Below are positions 9,332 to 18,321 of a stretch of 64,000 bases of DNA, piece after piece. Each line of letters begins with the position of its first letter. The stretch's first letter is position 1. Both the position numbers and the translations under genes were made by a program. Where the stretch lies: positions 512,317-576,316 of the forward strand of contig CP064968.1 of assembly GCA_016699245.1 (NCBI GenBank), read 5' to 3'. The notes beneath the pieces were generated by a model. It saw only the letters and a program-made list of their open reading frames with translations, made no database searches and had not been told where the DNA came from. This DNA is from Candidatus Kaiserbacteria bacterium (lineage in GTDB: Bacteria > Patescibacteriota > Minisyncoccia > Phycocordibacterales > UBA918).

Positions 9332-9407
9332 TGGTGCCTCCACCCGGAATCGAACCAGGATTTTTTCCTTAGGACGGAATTGTTCTGATCCATTGAACTA
9401 TGGAGGC
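9332..9407 (-). tRNA. tRNA-Arg (anticodon CCT), CCA encoded
   Basis: Minus-strand reading GCCTCCA-TA-GTTC-AATGGATCA-GAAC-A-ATTCC-GTCCTAA-GGAAA-AAAT-CCTGG-TTCGATT-CCGGG-TGGAGGC-A-CCA. Anticodon loop is gTCCTAa, and the T-loop is the canonical TTCGATT. Confidence 0.8.
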
Positions 9408-9490
9408 TTGTTTCCTAATCTATAGGAATTTGTACTGTAACATAAAAACCTCAGTGTCCGAAGGATACCGAGGTTTTTATAGTGGAATAC

Positions 9491-9727
9491 TTATATCCCG
9501 AGCAATTCCTTCACCTTTGCTTCGTCGAAACCAACGATGACATCGTCACCAATGCGAATGACGGGGACTCCCATTTGACCAGTCATATCGACCATCTCCT
9601 TTCGCTTTTCAAGATCTGTTGCAACATTGTGCTCCTCAAAGGGAATATTATTGGCAGTGAAAAAATCTTTGGCCGAGTGACAAAAATGACACGTTGGTGT
9701 GCTGTAAATGATTACGTTTTTATCCAT
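9491..9727 (-). CDS. Glutaredoxin/NrdH-like thioredoxin-fold protein
   Basis: 78 aa with a CxxC active site (IYSTPTCHFCHSAKDFF) and Grx-like GVPVIRIGDDVIVGFD. A hairpin terminator follows at ~9425-9470. Confidence 0.75.
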   Translation of the reverse strand: MDKNVIIYSTPTCHFCHSAKDFFTANNIPFEEHNVATDLEKRKEMVDMTGQMGVPVIRIGDDVIVGFDEAKVKELLGI

Positions 9728-9773
9728 ATGAATAGTTTATATTACTAACTACGTACGAGCAGTATATACTAAA

Positions 9774-10175
9774 TTACCAAAATTTGAACTGTGCAAAAAA
9801 TGAATCGCTCTCATTCTTAGGTATTTCATTACCGAGTGGAAGTATCTCCCGTTTTTCCTCAGCACTCTCTGGTTCGTCTACCAAAATAATCACCTGTTCC
9901 CCTTCTTTTACCACATCAAAACGATTGCGCAATTCTTCTTCGATTCCCCGCTCATCGCGCAGATACTCTACCTTAGACTCAAGTACCGTAGCGCGCTCTT
10001 CGAGTTCATGAAGTTCATCCTCACGTATATTGAGTTTGTGTTTCATCTCTTCTGCCACAATGTAGCGATTATAGACTGAAAACGAAAGTACAATAGTAAT
10101 AAAGGCTAAAAATGCCACCATGGGCTTCGAGTACACAATACTTCGTATTTTGCGCTTTTCATGAAAATCGAACAT
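9774..10175 (-). CDS. FtsB/DivIC-like septum-formation protein (single TM plus coiled coil)
   Basis: 133 aa with an N-terminal TM (MVAFLAFITIVLSFSVY) followed by a heptad-rich coiled coil (EEMKHKLNIREDELHELEERATVLESKVEYLRDE). Confidence 0.45.
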   Translation of the reverse strand: MFDFHEKRKIRSIVYSKPMVAFLAFITIVLSFSVYNRYIVAEEMKHKLNIREDELHELEERATVLESKVEYLRDERGIEEELRNRFDVVKEGEQVIILVDEPESAEEKREILPLGNEIPKNESDSFFAQFKFW

Positions 10176-10398
10176 GTGGTATTATTGTACCATTCTCGCT
10201 TTAGATTTCCTCAAAAGTTCTTAAAATTTTGAGAACTTGGTGGAGATAGATTAATCGAATATGGTACTACCACTATGAGTTTCTTATTTCACAAAAAGAC
10301 AAAGACGGCTATTAAATGGGTTTGGTCTGTCATCGCGATTATTATTGCTTTAAGTATGATTTTTGCATATTCGGCCGGAAGTGGTTTTTAGTTTTAGA

Positions 10399-10437
10399 GA
10401 AAATCCCCTGCAGCCTTTGGCTGCAGGGGATTTTTTA
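10399..10437. terminator. Bidirectional rho-independent terminator at the 3' end of lepA
   Basis: aaaatcccctgcagcc-tttg-gctgcaggggatttttt: perfect 15-bp stem flanked by A/T runs. Confidence 0.7.
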
Positions 10438-12219
10438 TTCCGCCTTAATAATTTTCATAAAGACGTCTGGGGGAATGTTCACTTTCGCATGCGCAAGCAT
10501 GCGTTTCTTTCCCCGTTTTTGCTTTTCACGAAGTTTCATCTTGCGGGTAATGTCCCCACCATACAGATAGCCTGTCACATCCTTTTTCATTGCAGAAAGA
10601 GTGCGTGATGAAATAATACGTCCCATCGCCTTTGCTTGAATTTTTGTCACAAAAAGCTGTCGCGGGAGTGTGTGATAGAGTTTCTCCACAATTGCTTTTG
10701 CGTCTATTTCTGCGCGACGCGTTCCTACCACCCGTGAAAAGGCTGGTACAATCTCCTCTGCAATAAGTACATCAAGACGCGTCACATCCGCAGAGCGCAT
10801 CTCTGCGATTTCATACGAGAGTGATGCGTACCCACTCGTGGCATTTTTCAGTCGGTCAAAGAAATTGCGCATGAGTTCACGAAGTGGCATCTCAACGGTA
10901 AGCAAATTACGTCCGTCCCCAAAAACTTCAGTTTCCAAAACACTTGCCTCGTGGTCATAGAGAAGTGTCATCATAGCGCCCAGGTATGCCGGGGGCAAAA
11001 TAATCTGTGCAAGAATCCATGGCTCTCGTATCTCAACCTTTGTTCCAAAATCGGGAAAACGGGAGGCTGCATATACTTCCTCCATGCGTCCATCGGGATA
11101 CGTTATTTCATACACAATCGACGGTGAGGTGATGGTAATCTCGATAGCAAACTCGCGTCGCAGACGCTCGGTCACTATCTCCAAGTGAAGCATCCCCAGA
11201 AAGCCACAGCGAAAACCACGCCCTAGGAGACCTGAGGATTCCTCTTCATACGAAAGTGAGGAATCAGACATCTTGAGACGGTCGAGTGCTTGTTTTAGAA
11301 TGGTAAAATCATCCTGACTCTCAGGAAACACTGATGCCCATACGACAGGGGGTACCGACTGATACCCCACCAAAGGCTCTCTACTCCCCTTCTCAAGGGC
11401 GAGTGTATCACCCACTGATGCGACACCAGGTTCCTTAATCCCCGTCACAATATACCCAATTTCACCCGCATTGAGTTCTTCTACCGGAGTTTCTTGTGGA
11501 GACTGGACACCCACTTCAAGCACGTTAAATACCCGCCCCGCAGCAATGAAACGGAGTGAATCACCTTTTCGCACTTTACCATCGAAGACACGAAAATACA
11601 CAATAATTCCTCGATGGTTTGAGTAGTGAAAGTCAAACACAAGACCACGGAAGGAATCGTTGGATGCTTCTTTTGGAGGAGGGATACGCTCACAAATACC
11701 ATCAAGTAACTCCTTTACATTCTCCCCCGTCTTCCCTGATACATACTGAATTTCCTCGGGACTACACCCCAAGAGCGTCACAACCTCATTCATCACTTCT
11801 TCACGGCGCGAGTGTGGGACATCAATTTTTGTGAGGACGGGAATAATGGTAAGCCCCTGCTCGCGGGCCATACTGAGCACGGAGAGCGTCTGTGCCTGTA
11901 CTCCCTGTGTACTATCTACCAAAAGAAGTACACCTTCTACCGCCTTGAGTGCCCGCGATACTTCATAGGAAAAGTCTATATGTCCAGGGGTGTCGATGAG
12001 ATTAAGTTCATACACATCACCATTAAAAGTATGCTCCATGCGTACCGGCTGCATTTTAATAGTGATACCACGCTCGCGCTCAAGATCCATCGAGTCTAAG
12101 ACTTGTTCTTTCATTTTACGAGCTTCAACCGTATGCGTGATTTCAAGCATACGATCAGCCAACGTTGACTTGCCGTGGTCAATGTGGGCGATAATAGAAA
12201 AATTTCGTATATGCTTCAT
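10435..12219 (-). CDS. lepA: Elongation factor 4 (translational GTPase LepA)
   Basis: N-terminal IRNFSIIAHIDHGKSTLADR (G1), DTPGHIDF (G3), and a LepA-specific C-terminal domain. 594 aa. Confidence 0.9.
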   Translation of the reverse strand: MKHIRNFSIIAHIDHGKSTLADRMLEITHTVEARKMKEQVLDSMDLERERGITIKMQPVRMEHTFNGDVYELNLIDTPGHIDFSYEVSRALKAVEGVLLLVDSTQGVQAQTLSVLSMAREQGLTIIPVLTKIDVPHSRREEVMNEVVTLLGCSPEEIQYVSGKTGENVKELLDGICERIPPPKEASNDSFRGLVFDFHYSNHRGIIVYFRVFDGKVRKGDSLRFIAAGRVFNVLEVGVQSPQETPVEELNAGEIGYIVTGIKEPGVASVGDTLALEKGSREPLVGYQSVPPVVWASVFPESQDDFTILKQALDRLKMSDSSLSYEEESSGLLGRGFRCGFLGMLHLEIVTERLRREFAIEITITSPSIVYEITYPDGRMEEVYAASRFPDFGTKVEIREPWILAQIILPPAYLGAMMTLLYDHEASVLETEVFGDGRNLLTVEMPLRELMRNFFDRLKNATSGYASLSYEIAEMRSADVTRLDVLIAEEIVPAFSRVVGTRRAEIDAKAIVEKLYHTLPRQLFVTKIQAKAMGRIISSRTLSAMKKDVTGYLYGGDITRKMKLREKQKRGKKRMLAHAKVNIPPDVFMKIIKAE

Positions 12220-12285
12220 AGAATCAATACTCTACCATAGCGCGCAAAAATAGGTACTCCCGTATACCATTTGCATTTTGGTATC

Positions 12286-12320
12286 AAAAAAATAGCAAGG
12301 CGTCGCCTTGCTATTTTTTT
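12286..12320. terminator. Rho-independent terminator downstream of the surface-protein cassette (copy 1 of a duplicated terminator)
   Basis: aaaaaaatagcaaggcg-tc-gccttgctattttttt. An almost identical 50-nt context recurs at 16546-16594. Confidence 0.7.
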
Positions 12321-12346
12321 ATGTATCTTCTGAGTAATAAGACTAA

Positions 12347-14974
12347 CTACGTCTCCTGCCCATACCCCTGCACTTCCACCTTGACTGATTGATCAACAAT
12401 CGGACAATCTATGGTGAATGTGGTGTTCACGCTGACGAAATATGATTGTGACCCAAGGCCTGTGGTTGACGGTACCCAGGGCATGCTATTTCTAGTGATG
12501 GCACAATTAATTTCCATGCCGGTACCCCATTCAACGAGTACGTCTTTCCCACTACTTGGCACCACACGTGGGTCTGCCTTGATAAAGGGTTCTGTATTCA
12601 CATCAACTACTTTACTATCGAGGAGTCCTGGATACGGTGCGCAGGTGAGTGAGTACGTGGTGTCACTTGTGAGGGATGAGGATAGTTCTGAGCCTGATGT
12701 CCCACCCCATGTATCTACACCACCAGTGACTTTTGGTGTACATCCACCTGTGGGTGTAATAGACCAATCGATAGTTGATTTTGTGTCGTATGCAATTGGA
12801 GAAGTGACCGTGAGGTTACCGGTTGGCTTTGGATGTACGGTGAAGCTTTTCTCCATGCAGTTGTTGGTCTCTCCGCCACTCGGTATAAACTCTGGGTTAC
12901 TACGGTTAGAATCGACACAGTACTGAATATACAAGGTGCCTGATCCACTTGGGTCATCTAAGATGACATTGTCTGTGTCAATAGCGTTTACTGCAAAACC
13001 TGCGAAATGTGAGGAAAATGGGATGATGTCTATCCAGGGATCGGAAAGATTCCACCGGTATGAGAAATTATCTTCAAAGTCATAAGGGGTAGGGATAGCT
13101 CCAATATTTGTCATAGTTCCGTCCAAGACAATGTCTTCCCCGTCGAAGAATACGTTTCCTGCTGAGGGGACGGTGGCGGTAAAGTCGAGGGGTTTGAGGT
13201 CAGGGAGTGGACAAGCGTCGGGAGCAGTTGCGTCGACCTGTGCTGACCATGCAGATGAGCCTCGTGCGTTATTGGCACGAACTTTGTATGAATGCAAAGA
13301 ATTTGCAGCGAGACCGCTGTGGGTGTATGTGGTGAGGGTGGTGGGGGTATATACAGTATCAAGTTCAATGTCGTAGCTGGTGGCACCAGTTGAGGCGTTC
13401 CAGGAGAGGTCTATGGCATCATTGCTGCAAATACCACTTGGGATTGCAGTGAGACCGGTGGGAGTTGCAGGAACAGTGAGGAAGGAACTCACCGTGCCGT
13501 AGCCGGTGCCTCCTGCGTTTCCTGCGATAGCACAGTAGTAGTATGTGGTGGCGGGGGTAGTGGTGAGGGGTTGGCTGAATAGCATAGGGGCACTTCCTGC
13601 ACCGAGGGTGGTACCTCCGGCGAGCGGAACACGGGTACCAAAGGTGTCATTGCAGGAGCCAGGGTCGGTAGTGGAATAGCGGAACCAGCCGGTGGCAGCA
13701 CCACCATTGGGGTTACCGGTACCGTATATAGTGTCTCCCACTACAGGGAGGGTAACGACGGTGGGGGCTGCGGGGAGATTGATGGTTGCTTGTGCGGTTC
13801 TCCATGCGGAGACACTACTACTTGTGTCCACGGTGCGTGCTTGGAAGGTCTTTACGCCAGGGGTTGGCCATGTGTATGGAGATGGTTGTGCGGTACCTGA
13901 GGAGACCCATCCAGTGGTGGCATCTACTGTTCCGCTATTGTCCCAGTCGATTTGATAGTAGATATTGTTAACCTCGGGGTCGGTGCCGGTGAAGTTAAAG
14001 GAGTATGCAGTGTTTATGAGACCAGTGAATGGTTGCGGGGTGATGACGGGGGCGGTGGGGGGGTTGTTGGGGTTAACGGCGGTGAGATTGAAGGAAATTG
14101 TCCGAGAGGGGAATGAGACGACGTAGTCGCCATTGTTTAGACAATACTCACCTGAACGAGATCTTCCTACAATTCTTTCAGCAAAACCACTGCAGCTTTG
14201 TATAGTGATTCCATAAGTTGATTCACGTCTAAAGGGTAATCCAGCAGTGCTCTGCAGAGGTACGTTATTACCTCGACATCCTGGTCCAGTGTAGCTGTTT
14301 ATATAACGTACATAAAACTTCCCGTATGTACTCGAAAAATTCATAGAGAGAGACACTGCGCCCGGACTTACTATCGTACACACATTGCCAGCACACGAAA
14401 GATTAGCACTTGGTGAAGATAGCCCAGAAGTCGAGGGGTGCACATTCAAAAGATAGTATGAATGTATTGTATCAGCTCCACCGCCTCCACTCACAACTGG
14501 CCACACTCTTGTACTAGCACGATCACTTTCTAAACAGCCATGAAGAAGAGGCCCAGCACCTGCCACCCAATGGCCAAAAGGACTATCTTGACTGTATCCT
14601 CCACCAAACCAACTAATGTCTGTATCAACAGCGGGTATTTGTTCAATACGAACTCTTGTCCCCACAGGAAGAGAAGAATTATTTGCTATCACTACGCCCG
14701 TATCATGATTCACAAGACGTGCCTTGTAATTTATGTTAGCATTTGCTCCGCTCTCGATACTCGTATTCCAACCGCACGTGCCAACTGGACAGGTGCGTGC
14801 ATTGGATGGGTTTGTGTATTCAATAGCCCAGTTCCAAAAAGCAGCAAGACTTGGCAAAGATCTTACGTCAGCATTCGCATCCTTCATAATCTCCTGCGCC
14901 TCCACCCGCTCCCCCACCCCGAACATCCCAACCATAAGGAGTACCAGAACTGATATCATTAACGTTGTTTTCAT
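12347..14974 (-). CDS. Large secreted surface protein with fibronectin type III-like domains, Thr/Gly/Ser-rich
   Basis: Signal peptide (MKTTLMISVLVLLMVGMFGVGERVEAQE). FN3-like segments (e.g. PTGLTAIPSGICSNDAIDLSWNASTGATSYDIELD...YKVRANNARGSSAWS and ATGWFRYSTTDPGSCNDTFGTRVPL...TTYYYCAIAGNAGGTGYG). 875 aa. Confidence 0.6.
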   Translation of the reverse strand: MKTTLMISVLVLLMVGMFGVGERVEAQEIMKDANADVRSLPSLAAFWNWAIEYTNPSNARTCPVGTCGWNTSIESGANANINYKARLVNHDTGVVIANNSSLPVGTRVRIEQIPAVDTDISWFGGGYSQDSPFGHWVAGAGPLLHGCLESDRASTRVWPVVSGGGGADTIHSYYLLNVHPSTSGLSSPSANLSCAGNVCTIVSPGAVSLSMNFSSTYGKFYVRYINSYTGPGCRGNNVPLQSTAGLPFRRESTYGITIQSCSGFAERIVGRSRSGEYCLNNGDYVVSFPSRTISFNLTAVNPNNPPTAPVITPQPFTGLINTAYSFNFTGTDPEVNNIYYQIDWDNSGTVDATTGWVSSGTAQPSPYTWPTPGVKTFQARTVDTSSSVSAWRTAQATINLPAAPTVVTLPVVGDTIYGTGNPNGGAATGWFRYSTTDPGSCNDTFGTRVPLAGGTTLGAGSAPMLFSQPLTTTPATTYYYCAIAGNAGGTGYGTVSSFLTVPATPTGLTAIPSGICSNDAIDLSWNASTGATSYDIELDTVYTPTTLTTYTHSGLAANSLHSYKVRANNARGSSAWSAQVDATAPDACPLPDLKPLDFTATVPSAGNVFFDGEDIVLDGTMTNIGAIPTPYDFEDNFSYRWNLSDPWIDIIPFSSHFAGFAVNAIDTDNVILDDPSGSGTLYIQYCVDSNRSNPEFIPSGGETNNCMEKSFTVHPKPTGNLTVTSPIAYDTKSTIDWSITPTGGCTPKVTGGVDTWGGTSGSELSSSLTSDTTYSLTCAPYPGLLDSKVVDVNTEPFIKADPRVVPSSGKDVLVEWGTGMEINCAITRNSMPWVPSTTGLGSQSYFVSVNTTFTIDCPIVDQSVKVEVQGYGQET

Positions 14975-16455
14975 ATAGTGTTTTGATTAGCTGGTACCCC
15001 GCGTCGTTTCGTATAGAGGAGTACTGCTCCCATAAGACTCAGCATGAGTGCTGCGATAAGCATAATGTATGTCGAGGGTGACACTGAGTCAGATACCATG
15101 TTCGGAATGATATTGTTTCTCGGTTCGGGGCATGGTGCACCCAAGGCATTGCAATCATAGTGTATGGTGACCTCATCAACGAGTGCACCTTTGTGGGTGA
15201 GTGCTGCGGTAAGGGAAAAGGTGGTGAGGTCTCGTGGTGGCGTGAAGGTATCCTTCACACCCATCATGGCACCGGTTACGTCACCTTCATAGGTATAGGT
15301 ATGAATAACGTCATTGTTCTCATCTTTGAGAGTGAGGGTGAGGAGGTTATCACTCACGATAGGGAGATTGGTGGAGTGGAGGCAGGAGAACACCGTAGTC
15401 TCCTTCCCTGCGGTAAGTGGATACTCAGTAATACTGGGGTAGTTGATGCGGAGCTCTTCGTTTCCATCACGGACGTAGCGTATGTGGAGGATTGATTCTG
15501 CATCTTGGTCTTTGAGGATTGCTTGGATGAACGTGACGGAGGTATCAAGTTTTGGAAGTGTGTATGAGAGTGTCTTCTTTTCCTTAGGTTTGAGGAGTAC
15601 CCCCTGTGTCTCACGCTTCACCTCATGCTTGGCAAGGATACCGTCCCATTGAGAGATGATCCAGGTGACTTCGACGACTCTCTCGGTGTTTGCGGGATTC
15701 ACTGCCTCCACGTGTGCGGTGACGGCTTCGTCTTTGGTGAAGTGTGGAGGAAATGCAGCAAAACTGAAGGGGGTTTTGTTGAGCATCACGGTGTTCTTGT
15801 TGAAGGTAACGGGTGTATTGGTGTCATCGGTAATACTGAAGTTTGCTTTGTTACCGGTGACGTCATCGGTGAATGAGAGACCGAGGAGGTTGTATCTATT
15901 TTCTGTGGTGAAGAAGTAGGCGATGGTGTATGCACCTCCGGCCATGTTCTTTGGGACTTGGTAGGTGAAGGTTGCAGGGATTTCTCCATTTGCGGGGATG
16001 ACGACGTTATCTTGTACGAGGAAGAAGGAGACGAGGGGGTGGCCATTTTGGTGGGTGAGTGGAGTATCACCATCATCTACCTTGAATATCTTTGCGTAGA
16101 CTTGGCCGCCAACCACGGGGTATGCGTTTGCGTTTTTAAGGGTACCAGTGAAAGTGAGGGGCATGCCGGGGATGGTTTGTTCGAGGGTGGGAGAGAGGTG
16201 AACTTGTACGGAGCCGAAGGAGTAGTAGTCGAAGCAGTTGACGGTGTTTGAGGGGGCTGCAGGAGATGTAGATACCGGAGTCATAATTCGAATTTCACTC
16301 AATATTTTCTGTTGCTCCTCTTCAGAGAGTGCTTTGAACTCTGCTTCCGTGAGCGTGGTGGGATCAACTTGTGCAAATGCGAGTTGGGTACTAATAAATA
16401 TAAGCGCGAGCACAAACGATACAAGACGTTTCGTGAACGTGAGGGTTGATATCAT
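14971..16455 (-). CDS. Secreted protein with a C-terminal membrane anchor, co-transcribed with the upstream FN3 protein
   Basis: Signal peptide (LVSFVLALIFISTQLAFAQV), a 494-aa beta-rich ectodomain, and a C-terminal TM (YIMLIAALMLSLMGAVLLYTKRRG). 4-nt overlap with the downstream gene. Confidence 0.55.
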   Translation of the reverse strand: MISTLTFTKRLVSFVLALIFISTQLAFAQVDPTTLTEAEFKALSEEEQQKILSEIRIMTPVSTSPAAPSNTVNCFDYYSFGSVQVHLSPTLEQTIPGMPLTFTGTLKNANAYPVVGGQVYAKIFKVDDGDTPLTHQNGHPLVSFFLVQDNVVIPANGEIPATFTYQVPKNMAGGAYTIAYFFTTENRYNLLGLSFTDDVTGNKANFSITDDTNTPVTFNKNTVMLNKTPFSFAAFPPHFTKDEAVTAHVEAVNPANTERVVEVTWIISQWDGILAKHEVKRETQGVLLKPKEKKTLSYTLPKLDTSVTFIQAILKDQDAESILHIRYVRDGNEELRINYPSITEYPLTAGKETTVFSCLHSTNLPIVSDNLLTLTLKDENNDVIHTYTYEGDVTGAMMGVKDTFTPPRDLTTFSLTAALTHKGALVDEVTIHYDCNALGAPCPEPRNNIIPNMVSDSVSPSTYIMLIAALMLSLMGAVLLYTKRRGVPANQNTI

Positions 16456-16560
16456 ATGCGTTAATTATATATACACCACCATTCTTTAGGAAGATGTGGG
16501 GGGGGTATAAGTGAGTTGAGCGTGTACTGTATAGATACAATACTTTTGCATTTCAATATC

Positions 16561-16594
16561 AAAAAAATAGCAAGGCGACGCCTTGCTATTTTTT
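16561..16594. terminator. Rho-independent terminator downstream of murJ (copy 2 of the duplicated terminator)
   Basis: aaaaaaatagcaaggcg-ac-gccttgctatttttt. Nearly identical to 12286-12320, including the upstream ttgcattt..atc context. Confidence 0.7.
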
Positions 16595-16599
16595 CTTTG

Positions 16600-18321
16600 C
16601 TATACCGCGAGCGTATCTTCGTCTTGAGGTACTGCCACATCACAAAGAGTACCTTTGTTCTGGGGTAGTGGTACACCACGACGTGAGCAGTGTTTATGGA
16701 GTGTTTTAGAAATCTCGATAAGTTCTTCGTTTTTAAACAGGTATTGGAGCACAACATATCCCACTCCCCCACCCACTGCCGCCAAAAAGCCTTGTGCGAA
16801 TACGGTGAAAAGTGTGTCCACGGTAAATGCGAGCACAAAATAATTTAAAAGTATGTATGCTACGTATCCTGCAAAAATAGCCGAAATAAAGGACTGTACA
16901 AATGGGACAACGAGTGTCTTGCCCTGAATATACAAATCCTTGCGCGCGAGAATGAGGAGTATCGCACTGTGCAAAATAAGTGCACATGAATACCCGAGTG
17001 GAAGTGCGAGAACCTCAATACCCGAAACACCCTCAAGACGCATCATTCGCTCCACGAGTGAATAAAAATCACCCTGTGCAAGCAGTACCGTATGAAATGC
17101 ATACGCCCCGAGTAGTGCGAATGCTGAAGAAAAAAGAGTCACTACAAAAGGAAGTCGCGTATTTTCTACCGCATAGAGTGCCCGCACGATGACCAAATGT
17201 ATTGCCTGTGCGGTAAGAGAAAGAATGAAAATGGCGAGGACCGCGGCCGTGAGACGGGTATCACTCCAATCAAATGCTCCTGAGCCGAGCACGACACGTA
17301 CCACCTGTGCACGAATCACGACGAGAAGTGCGATGACGGGCAAAGACCAAAAGAAAATATGCTTGAGCGCAGTAGTGATACTATATGCAAATTGTGCGTA
17401 CTGTTTTTCCGCATACAGCTGTGCAAGAAGTGGAAATGCAGCCACCGAGTAACTCACACCAATAACCGCAAGTGGCACCGACTGCAAATTGTATGCAAAC
17501 TGAAACACCGACACCGAACCCACCGCCATAAGACTTGCAACACTCACAAACCCAAGGAGGACTAACTGGTGGAATGAAAGAGTGAGTGCGCGGGTAAAGG
17601 ATGTCTTGCAGACCATCACGATATCCATATGTACAAAAGTCCACACAAAGCGTGGTGCAAGAGGGCTTCTAATCACGGAAGGTATCTGAATACACACGTG
17701 CCCCATAGCACCTAAAAGCACGCCGAGCACAAGCCCGTATACACCCATACTTGGATACAAGAACAAGAGTCCCGCGATAATACCGAGATTGTAGAGAAGC
17801 GGGCTTAGTGCATAGAGAATAAAACGATGTTCCATCTGCGTCACAATACTAAAAAGACTCGATATCCCAAGAAGAAGTGGTTGAACGAGAAGAATTCGTA
17901 TAAGCGCAACAAGTGTCTCACTTTCCCCTGCAAACCCCGGAAATAGGTACGTCACCATAAGTGGTGCACCTATCATTGCGACGAGTGCGACTGCTCCATA
18001 CAGTAAAATAAAAAGCGAGAAAAATTGCGAGAGTAAATTCTTTGCTGCAGAGGGTACCCCGGTTTCTGCTTTTCGTGCAAGAAATGGAATAAGTACGTAC
18101 ACCGAAAGCGTCGAAGCAAAAATCACGTAGAGTACATCGGGAATACGGAAAGCCGCGTAGTAGAGGTCAAGCTCGGTACTTGCTCCAAACTCATGTGCAA
18201 GGAGTCTGTCACGTACCAATGCAAGTAACTGAGAACCAAACGTAAAAACCGCAAGAACATACGCGGCTTGATGCAAGCCGCGTACCTCCTTATACACAAT
18301 TCTAAATACGTTTTGAACCAT
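16600..18321 (-). CDS. murJ: Lipid II flippase MurJ (MviN)
   Basis: MurJ N-terminal signature (AAYVLAVFTFGSQLLALVRDRLLAHEFGASTELDLYYAAFRIPDVLYVIF), ~14 TM segments, 573 aa. Confidence 0.8.
   Translation of the reverse strand: MVQNVFRIVYKEVRGLHQAAYVLAVFTFGSQLLALVRDRLLAHEFGASTELDLYYAAFRIPDVLYVIFASTLSVYVLIPFLARKAETGVPSAAKNLLSQFFSLFILLYGAVALVAMIGAPLMVTYLFPGFAGESETLVALIRILLVQPLLLGISSLFSIVTQMEHRFILYALSPLLYNLGIIAGLLFLYPSMGVYGLVLGVLLGAMGHVCIQIPSVIRSPLAPRFVWTFVHMDIVMVCKTSFTRALTLSFHQLVLLGFVSVASLMAVGSVSVFQFAYNLQSVPLAVIGVSYSVAAFPLLAQLYAEKQYAQFAYSITTALKHIFFWSLPVIALLVVIRAQVVRVVLGSGAFDWSDTRLTAAVLAIFILSLTAQAIHLVIVRALYAVENTRLPFVVTLFSSAFALLGAYAFHTVLLAQGDFYSLVERMMRLEGVSGIEVLALPLGYSCALILHSAILLILARKDLYIQGKTLVVPFVQSFISAIFAGYVAYILLNYFVLAFTVDTLFTVFAQGFLAAVGGGVGYVVLQYLFKNEELIEISKTLHKHCSRRGVPLPQNKGTLCDVAVPQDEDTLAV

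Noticed and set aside
10275-10391. 38-codon plus-strand ORF (MSFLFHKKTKTAIKWVWSVIAIIIALSMIFAYSAGSGF) between ftsB-like and lepA
   Set aside because: It could be a small membrane peptide and is followed by a terminator. But it has no RBS and is too short to support without comparative data, so it was not listed as a feature.
10316-12253. Several 70-95-aa ORFs on both strands inside lepA (e.g. 10316-10570, 11481-11705, 11812-12099)
   Set aside because: They lie inside a well-supported 594-aa LepA reading frame, and none has recognisable features.
12411-14978. Plus-strand ORFs (12411-12926, 13131-13376, 13692-13955, 14540-14953) opposite the FN3 surface-protein gene
   Set aside because: Antisense to a long continuous ORF with a signal peptide and FN3 motifs; their composition is typical of shadow ORFs.
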